Of a stretch of DNA of 64,000 nt, positions 35,051 to 64,000 are shown in pieces. How positions within the stretch are numbered: position 1 is the first letter of the stretch; each line of letters begins with the position of its first letter. The translations under genes and the position numbers were made by a program. The notes beneath the pieces are model-generated. The model was not told the origin of the DNA and searched no databases. It saw nothing but the letters and a program-made list of their open reading frames with translations. Source of the DNA: Podarcis filfolensis (lineage: Eukaryota); the NCBI GenBank assembly GCA_964270895.1, contig OZ185437.1; one strand, 5' to 3'.

Positions 35051-35789
35051 TCCTCTGAGCTTAATATGTCCGCTGGAAAAAGTTTAGTAAACCAAGGAGG
35101 TTTACCTGTTAGCAACGTGCGGAGGGGAAGCGTCATCTGTTGAATGCATGATATGAATTTAGATGCATGGATTCAATTCTAGTGAATGATTTTTGATCAG
35201 TTTTTAACTGTTGTTCATGGTGATGCTGTTCTCATTGCTGATTTTAGTTTTGTGTTTTCTTGAATTGTTTTAATATCGTATACAAGCTGCTTTGGGGACC
35301 ATTCACGGGCAGTTAAGGGCATAGATGTTTTTGAGTAAATAAACAAAATACTTCTGAATAAACATTCTTAAGAATGCCATTGGTCACAAAGAAAGTTTGA
35401 TCATAAAATTTATCCTTATCTTCAGTAATATCGCGAAAACAAGATAAGGTAGAACAAAGTCGAATGTGAAGGGAGTTACCATAATTCAAAGGCTGAGGAC
35501 ACTTACATAGGAAGTCATTGGTAAATGGCGAGTCTCTAGTAGTGTTTAACCACCTGTTTGGAGGTTACTATATATCATTAAAATGCAGTGAAGATTTTAG
35601 GTAAGTGTCAATTACTTTTTGTGTTGAATTTTCAGTTGAGAGGTCTTCTGGCCTTTTTATCAGGAATTAGAAGGCAGTGAGGAATGACAGGCAAGTTTCA
35701 CCAGTCAACTGATTTGTTGTCTACTCTGCTGCATCACCTTTAGCCTCTGGGATGGCAGGCAGATAATACCCACCAACTAAGCAAATTTG

Positions 35790-35945
35790 GCCCATGGGCC
35801 GCCAGAGCTGTAGCATTTTGCATGCAATCCTGGGAATCTTGAGGTAGAGCTGGGAAGGTGTTCTGTCTGAAATTCTGGAAAGTCATTGCCTGTCAGTGTT
35901 GATAGTACATACTAAGTTAACTGGACCAATGGTCTCTGAACCCTA
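35790..35945 (+). mobile_element. Degenerate tRNA-derived squamate SINE (Squam3-like)
   Basis: ..ttttgcatgca..cctgggaatct..aggtagagctggg..ctggaaag..tgcctgtcagtgt..ggaccaatggtct matches the family pattern as recalled. Related pieces at ~17500-17590 (minus) and ~60005-60075. Confidence 0.5.
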
Positions 35946-36329
35946 CTTGACATTTTGCCTTTGGGGATTTTTGAAACAGAAGCCAAGAGATCCGTATGGA
36001 TCATCATAGTACTCACGAAGGACCCCCTCAAAACCACCATCAAATCATAGACTACCTCACACATATTTTTCTGTGATTTCTTGGTGGCTTTGTTGTCAAT
36101 ATATGTAAAAATCATGAGGATTCTTGCCTTGGGTCAATATTTTGTGTGTGTGTGTGGTGCTGCCAAACACTAGAGCTGTGATTTATGTTCTGCTCTATTT
36201 CAATAACTTTGTGTACACTCTAACTCTCATGATCCACTGCCCTGGAGGGGTGGGTGGGATGGTTGGTGGACTCCCTCTGCCCAGCCCAGAAGGTTGTAAA
36301 GTCAAACTATGGGAAAGGATCTCAACATT

Positions 36330-38060
36330 ACATAACCAGCAAGGCGATTAGTTCACCCGCTGCCAGCTTCTGCTCGCCCTGCCAACATGCCGAGACACCC
36401 TCCCACCCTCTAGAGGACGCTAGAGGGAAAGTAAGTTGGTTGCAGCAGGGGAACGAAATGCCCATAGACCAAAAAAGGCATGGAGCAACATACCCGTGGC
36501 TTCCTGTTTTTGGAGGGGGCGGGGCTTTCATTTTACAATGAAAACAGCGTCCTCATTCAGGAAAGCGCAGGTCAAACTGGGCTGGGGTTTGATGGGGGCG
36601 ATGTAAGTGACCACTCAACTGACATTTGCTTTAACGCGAGGTATGTTTTGAATGGGTTGTCTTTTTCTGTTCTGCATTCTGTTTTCCATACAATTGTGTG
36701 GAGCATTGCAGCTGACATAGAACACCGGCGCGGGCGAGTTCACGTGAAATACCTGTAACGTGTAACGTGCCGTTGCTCTCCTATCTCTCTGCTCGGCGGA
36801 CGATTGCATCCCTGACGTTGCATTTTGCTGTCTATGAAATACCTCCCGAGTCCGAGGATAACAAACGTTGCATCCAACGTTAGTTACACTCAAACTAGAC
36901 CCGTTGAAATGAGCAGGCACATTAATTTCAGTGGGTTTCCTCTGAGCAAAACGTATAAAGTTGGATACAGCCTTGGTCTACATAACAGGGGTGCTGTAAG
37001 CCACACTCTGCCCGTTTCACCACTTGCAACAATGAGACAATAAGGTACTGTATTGCAAAACTGCTATAGATCACTCTCGGCCACTCGACCTTGCACTAGG
37101 AGGATTTAACAGCAGGCAACCCGCAGTACGAGCACAATAAATCCCAGCCTCCCCGCTCCTGCTTAAATTTTAAAACCAGCCTAACACAATACGCACACGT
37201 GTTGGTGTCGTTGCAGATCCCACTTGGGTTATTCCTTGCTTTCGCTTCTACTTTAGTTTGCTCAGTTGGCGAGGGGAGAGACGGGAAAGCACAGCTGTGA
37301 TACAATCCCGGATTCCCCTATTGTTTCCTATTTAGCAACTCTCACTTTCACGTTTCCGAAGTATGAAGAGGCAAAGCAAAACACAGTGGCAAAAATAACC
37401 AGGAAGCTCAGCGTTGTATTTATTTATTTATTTGCTCGTATGGAAGGAGCCGGCTTTGGAGTTCCGGTTCTGCCGCTGAGTCAAGGTACTGCCTGGGAAA
37501 GAAAGGGCTTCGGTGGGTTGAACTATCCCGTCTCTGGGTAGGTCGACCGAAGCCTCCGTGAGGCTGGGGACCGACTGGAGGAGAGCGCCGGAGAGGAGGC
37601 TGAGCGGAGCCACTCGGCTTCTCCCACCCGCTCGCTCTGCTTCGTAGAGTAGGCTTCCGCCTCTCCTATGTGCACCCACAGCTCCCTGGAGGCTCTTTTG
37701 CACTGCTCCGTTGCTCCTACGGAGGAAAAGGCATTTGCAACGTGCAACGGAAATTTTATGGTCACGTTTCAGAACACACGGTAACGATAAACTCCAAGCC
37801 TTCATGTCATTATCCATCTGTCCATGCTAAGTCGTTGTGCGAAGGCGAAAGCCTTCCCCCACACCGGGCTTTACCATGAGTTTGAGGCCGAGGCCATGAT
37901 TTCTAGGCATCGTTCACACGAGGTTGCCCTCAGTCGGAGGCGCCCTGCCTCCTTTTAAGGATTTTCCCCATCCTTAAAAAAATCCGAAAAGAAACTCAGC
38001 TGCCCAAGCAATTCTGCTCTTCCTGGCTGCCCGGCAGACAGTTGCTGTTCGCGTTCTCTT
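36330..38060 (+). promoter_or_regulatory. CpG-enriched patches upstream of ABCC10 (alternative promoter or 5'UTR exons)
   Basis: GC box GGGGGCGGGGC near 36515, CACGTG near 36741, CpG clusters at 36700-36860 and 37510-38050, and donor AAA|GTAAGT at 36430/36431. Confidence 0.45.
36407..36423 (+). promoter_or_regulatory. Candidate CTCF site
   Basis: CCTCTAGAGGACGCTAG versus the consensus-type CCACTAGAGGGCGC: 12 of 14 match. Confidence 0.4.
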
Positions 38061-38899
38061 CATTTTAAGGTGGCACCAGAAAGAACTCTGCGATCTGAGG
38101 AAATCCGTAGTTTGTGGTTGTTTGCAGAGTGGAAAGGGAAAAGAGGACCTCCCTTCTGCTTTCTCACTTCCAGCCATTCACTGAAAACTGGAGAAGGAAC
38201 CCACATAATAATAATGGGGGTGGGTGGGCAGCATGGCTTTGACCTTGACAGAGGGTGGAGGTTAGTGCCTGTATGAAGAAGCAGTGCTTTGTTAGCCTTA
38301 GGTCTTAAAGGAGAAACATCTACTTGGCTGTTTGGTTTGTAAAACAATTGATTGCATTTAGGATCCTGCCCTTGTATGGACCTGCCCTGAAAAGATCTGA
38401 AGTGTTGGCAAATCACCACCACCTCATTTCAGTACTCGTTGACAGTTTCAATGAAACCTGCAGTAATGGAGAAGATTCTGTGAAAATGCATTTCTCTCAA
38501 AGGACTGACTACAGCCACCACTCCTGCATCCTGGGATGGGGGGATTTTTATGCAGGTTAGACCTGGATACCTCTTTACCATCACCAGTCATGTTGGAAAC
38601 TTTAGCAGAAGGTCTCCCTCTCAAAAGTGCCAACGTACAAGATTTTGTATTTGATGAGATTGTGAATTTTATTACTTTTTCCGACAGCTGGAAAAATGGT
38701 AGGTGGAATTAATGTGTGTATCTCATTTTGCAGTGCTTGTACAAAGAAAAGAAGGAAATATAGTGGTAAAAGGGTTTTATTCTTCATTGCAAGAATGTTC
38801 AGGTTGTGGCATAAATTACTTCTTCTTTATGCTTCATTTATTGTTTTCCTGTCTTTTCCTTTAGGAACTCTTGACCGTTGTAATTGTTGCTGACAGAGG

Positions 38900-59784
<20,885 letters not shown>

Positions 59785-60721
59785 CCTCCCTGCAGAGACA
59801 CAAACACTGGACAATTGGTACCTCACGACTGGGAATGTTCCCCTCTGCAATGTGGGACCCTTTCCTGATATCTGCAGCTTAACGAAAGATGCACTCCACA
59901 CACGGCTGAGAGTCCAGCTTACGAATTGAGAACAGGTGACAGAACATGCTCTGTCCAGGACTGCCAAGGGCTGCAGTTAATCGCTCCAACACATCTCAGC
60001 ATCAAGAAAGAACCCTGTGTGAGACCCTGGAGAGCTTGCTACAAGGCCATGTGGGCAGTGTAAGGCAGCTGAGCATTTAACACTGTGTCCTTCCCCTGTC
60101 CTGACTTTATTCAAGACGTCCCCACCCTGTCCCAAGTGGCGTGGCCTACCTTGGTCACAGAACCTGCTTGGCCAGCCACTTTGGCAACTGAATTGCCAGG
60201 GTTGGCAGCAAGTCCCATGGCTACAGTCTGGCATCCTCACACATTGTTTGCAGTATTCCTCTTCCCATCCTGTGTCACACCTACAAAAAGAATACAGGAG
60301 GGTCAGAAGAAGAAAACAACCATATCACAAGTAGCAAAAATAGGAAAAGGGGTGGGCAGTGCCCTAGGGCATTAGCTTTGCACTAGCAGTCAGTGTCTCA
60401 ATTCTTGACGATGCTGGGGTGAAGGGAGTTTCTCTTGCATAATGTAGACAAGCGCCTCTCATAAGAATGCTAGAGTTCTTGCAAAAAGCAATAGCAGGCA
60501 GGTGAGAAGCGTTTAAGTGGGTGGAGCCAAGCATGGGGCAAAAGGGAGCTGTGGGGAAGAGGCAGAATTTGGGGTGGGGCTTTTGCGCATCAATCAACCA
60601 GGAATGCCTGTCTAATTCTTGCCTGGGGACAGTGAGAAAGGCATCTCCATTGAATAGATATGTGGATAGAAGTACAGCAGGGTTTGGGGGGGTACAGGGA
60701 AGCACAGCCCTGTTATTTTTA

Positions 60722-60776
60722 AATAAAAATAATAATTTTGAATGAACCTCTTTAAAGGAAGTACAAACTCAATAAA
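60722..60776 (+). terminator. Candidate ABCC10 polyadenylation signals (AATAAA x2)
   Basis: AATAAA at 60722-60727 and 60771-60776, ~1 kb after the stop. Confidence 0.45.
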
Positions 60777-62462
60777 CAATATTCAAAACTTGGGTTACAA
60801 TTTCCACGTCTCTCCTTCATGCAGCAGTACATAAAGTCAACCATACCAAATTCTACTGCAGTCTGTTCCTGTTGTCATCAGGTGTGGAAATCTCTAAAGA
60901 GAAGGAAAAAACAGCCCTTATCCTCCAAATCTGCAATCTCTGTTAGTGTTCATGTATGAAACAAAGGGAGACCATTTCCCTAGGAAGGTGTCTTCTTGTG
61001 TTTTATTCTTAGCCAACCTAAACTTGGTACATAAGCATTTCAGAGCTCTGGTACTTTTTTCAGTATGGAAGCAATGATGTCATTTGACAGAAACTCCTTG
61101 TTCCAACAAGTGAATGACGTGATAACAAGGTTTTCTGGGGGTTTTTTTGTATAAAAAAAGTTAGATCAGCATAGAAGCCACAAAGAGGAAAACAATCAAA
61201 AGAGGCTGGGTACTCTCTCTCCTCCTTTTTATGGGGTTCCTATTTCCCATTAACAATTGAAATTAAACTGTGATTGATGCAAATGATGTCTTTCTCCACT
61301 TTCCCAGATGAAAAGAGGCATGCTCTCTTCCACCAGCTGCAGAATGGCTGTATATACCACTAAAACACCTGCTAACTGCTTTGTTTGACCCTGACACACA
61401 CCTCAGAAACCCCTGCCCTTTGAGTAAAGTGATGGGTTCTGAACAATATCCTAAGGCAGTAGTAGGCATATGTCAAACCCCAAACACAGCAACCAGCACT
61501 GGCATGTGGTGGTGTTGGAATGCTGTACATGCAATATTATGCCATATTATTTGGCTGATTTTTGACACGTAATCAGCCACGCAAACATGATCTTGGTAAC
61601 TCATTTGAAATCGAAATATGTCAGTGTCTTATCAAACTGTATCCCTGTCCTTTGGAACTTGTCAGAGGGATAGTATAACTGGCTAAGGGCACTAACACAA
61701 TAATGGAAGGAAAGGGCTTTTGGAAGTTTGTGCCCAATAATCAATTGGCTTACTGCCCAGTCAGAAGTTCAGCAAAACGGTTAAAATTCCTGCAGCAGAC
61801 AAACTCTATCGGAGGTTGTTTTAATTAGTAAGCACAAATGCACACACTCGATACAGTTGCTTCAAGAAGGGTTCTCTCTCTGAGCCTTGAGAGGGTTTTC
61901 AGTCTTTGCTTCAAGTTCTCAGCAGGTCGAAAGTCCAAAGTTGCCAAAATCCTGCAACGTCAGTCTCCTGTTTCTTCTTTGCAAGTCTTTACAACTCTCC
62001 CCAACAATCCTTCACCATTCTCCGCCACCACCATGAAATTCTGTAATGACAACTTCTGATATAGACCAGAACTGCATGCCAGTATGCACAGCAACAGAGA
62101 TCAGGCAATTACGAGTAATCTGGGGGGCAGGGGATCCTTTTCTACCAACTCATGGAGAATTAACTCATGACTTAAAAAGGTCCACCTGACCCACCATCAT
62201 ACAAAGGACAAAATACATGACTTGGCTAGCAACTTGAGGTGGTGACCTTCTGTAAGCGCAATAAATATGCAAAGTTTTCAGATATACGGACTCCATATGA
62301 GGATCTATTTGCTTGAATGAATGAACCTGGGATTGATCTGGATGACCAGGTGTGCCCCCCTCCATCAAAAAACTACACACAGAAAGTAGGGTTTTGTTTT
62401 ATTATGGTTTATTACATCTTGTCTGATTGCATTCCCCATTTCCCTTAAAAATATAATATTTA

Positions 62463-62823
62463 AAGTAAAGGTACCCCTGCCCGTACGGGCCAGTCTTGAC
62501 AGACTCTAGGGTTGTGCGCCCATCTCACTTAAGAGGCCGGGGGCCAGCGCTGTCCGAAGACACTTCCGGGTCACGTGGCCAGCGTGACAAAGCTGCATCT
62601 GGCGAGCCAGCGCAGCACACGGAAACGCCGTTTACCTTCCCGCCAGTAAGCGGTCCCTATTTATCTACTTGCACCTGTGGGGTGCTTTCGAACTGCTACG
62701 TTGGCAGGCGCTGGGACCGAGCAATGGGAGTGCACCCCGCCACGGGGATTCGAACCGCCGACCTTTCGATTGGCAAGCCCTAGGCGCTGAGGCTTTTACC
62801 CACAGCGCCACCCGCGTCCCTTC
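62463..62823 (-). mobile_element. Full-length Sauria SINE (tRNA-derived) with 12-bp target-site duplication
   Basis: The minus strand starts GGGACGCGGGTGGCGCTGTGG (A box), has a perfect B box GGTTCGAATCC (62746-62756) and ends ..GGGTACCTTTACTTT. Direct repeat ATATAATATTTA flanks it at 62451-62462 and 62824-62835. Confidence 0.88.
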
Positions 62824-63237
62824 ATATAATATTTATACGACTACAAATAAAAAGGGCAGGAAGCTGAGATCCAAAAGGCCCCCAGACCAAGCAGAAACCC
62901 TGCTACGAAGTTTAAGAGCTAAGCACAAGAAGCAAAAATGGGAAATGAGCTTTAGCACAGAGGTGTGGTCTCTCTCTGATTCCTTCACTCCATGATACCC
63001 TTTGCTTTATGACTGCCTATTTCTCTCTCTCTCTTCATTTCTTTCCATCCTATTTCCCAACTAAAATTGTGCTGCATGTGGCTGGGGTCCAACCCTTTGT
63101 ACTACATCTTCTGTACACCACTTAGAGGTGACGGCAGATTAAGTGGTATATAAATTATCAAAATAAAATACAGTTTTGTATTGATGAATGACAGATTGGG
63201 GGTAGAAACCTGCAGAAAGCTTTCCACTGCTTTAGGG

Positions 63238-63518
63238 CAGGGGTTAGCAAGGTTTACCTCGCCTGGGCCAGTTCACTCCAGTGGAGATCCCTCCGCGCCC
63301 ACGATTTCCAGTGTCTGCACAGGTGCAATTTCCAGCGTCGGTGCAGACGCGATTTTTGGCGTCTACGTAGACATGATTTCCGGCGCCATGGAAGCGTGTC
63401 CCCGCGCCACGCTGCTTTAGTGCAGCGCGCAGGGACTCGCCAAGTGGGCGGCTCATGGGCCAGTTAAACAACCCCTGTGGGCCACTTGTGGCCCATGGGC
63501 CTTAGGTTGCCAACCCCA
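63238..63518. mobile_element. hAT-like MITE with eroded right end
   Basis: caggggttagcaa ... ggcccatgggccttaggttgccaacccca; imperfect TIR; no TSD visible. Confidence 0.55.
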
Positions 63519-64000
63519 CAAACATTCCATCAGCTTGTATTTGGACATATGCCGAAGACCATTGTATTACAAAAAGTTACATGTGATGCTCTGCAAATTT
63601 TCCCTTTGAATGTCCTCAGAGGTGCACAGGCCTGGACCTAGCACTTGCAAGAAGTTACACTAGCACAGCTTTGTAGAGATCCGTAAGAGTTAATCACTGC
63701 TTGCTAGAATCAGCACTTATTCTAGAAAGCCTATCTGACCAACAGTGTGGGAGATATGGGACCATGTGTCCTTTGGAGGCCTGGCAAGCTGGATCCCCAC
63801 ACATTAACTCAGTGCTGAATAGAGTAGCAGGTGAAGATCTTCACCATCACATCCCTTTATAGTCCACCATTTGTTTTGACTGTTCTGACCTTGCAGACAA
63901 GGTCATGGGAAGATGACATCAAGCACAGGTGACCAAGCGTCACCGACATTCCCAGATATTTTCCAACGTGCAAGCCCAGTTATGGGCAGTAGGAATCTCA

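Noticed and set aside
34773-38899. In-frame 53-aa Arg-rich N-terminal extension of ABCC10 (MADREMAV..IGRK spliced to AGG-ATG)
   Set aside because: It needs the weak acceptor at 38896/38897. The much stronger acceptor at 38864/38865 puts it out of frame, and a 1-in-3 phase coincidence is weak evidence.
61826-62041. Minus-strand acceptor-like site followed by a frame with one internal TGA (possible selenocysteine readthrough)
   Set aside because: No resemblance to any selenoprotein I know, no SECIS recognised, and no upstream coding exon fits.
62700-62820. tRNA-like sequence with A and B boxes
   Set aside because: It is the head of a Sauria SINE, with body, tail and TSD, and I could not fold a complete cloverleaf.
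59800-64000. Search for DLK2, the human neighbour of ABCC10
   Set aside because: No EGF-like Cys pattern or transmembrane exon was recognised. The Cys-containing ORF at 63244-63471 lies inside a hAT-like MITE. DLK2 may be beyond the window.

Overview
Vertebrate genomic DNA from a squamate lizard. The Sauria SINE and the L2/CR1/Rex1 repeat set point to a lacertid-like lineage (inference). Three protein-coding genes were recovered by manual splicing, with all introns GT-AG and phases consistent. (1) FAM98A: first coding exon only, minus strand, 2100-2152; the rest lies left of the window. (2) ZNF318: complete, minus strand, 10 coding exons, 12509-34571, 7992 nt = 2663 aa. (3) ABCC10/MRP7: complete, plus strand, 21 coding exons, 38900-59784, 4617 nt = 1538 aa, head-to-head with ZNF318. 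Introns and intergenic DNA hold many TE remnants: a young 5'-truncated Rex1/Babar LINE, L2, CR1 and L1 fragments, a full-length Sauria SINE with TSD, and Tc1/mariner and hAT MITEs. The most notable observations are four. First, a ~390-aa higher-order tandem repeat (118-aa period, 35/27/29/27-aa monomers) inside the ZNF318 last exon. Second, two inverted ~90% identical L2 3' ends sitting right next to ABCC10 exons 9 and 18, the geometry that favours back-splicing. Third, a candidate alternative downstream exon that would give a short or NMD ZNF318 isoform. Fourth, the nearly intact Rex1/Babar reverse transcriptase. I see no prokaryotic-type system, CRISPR array or functional tRNA/rRNA gene, and none of the findings is proven novel without database searches.
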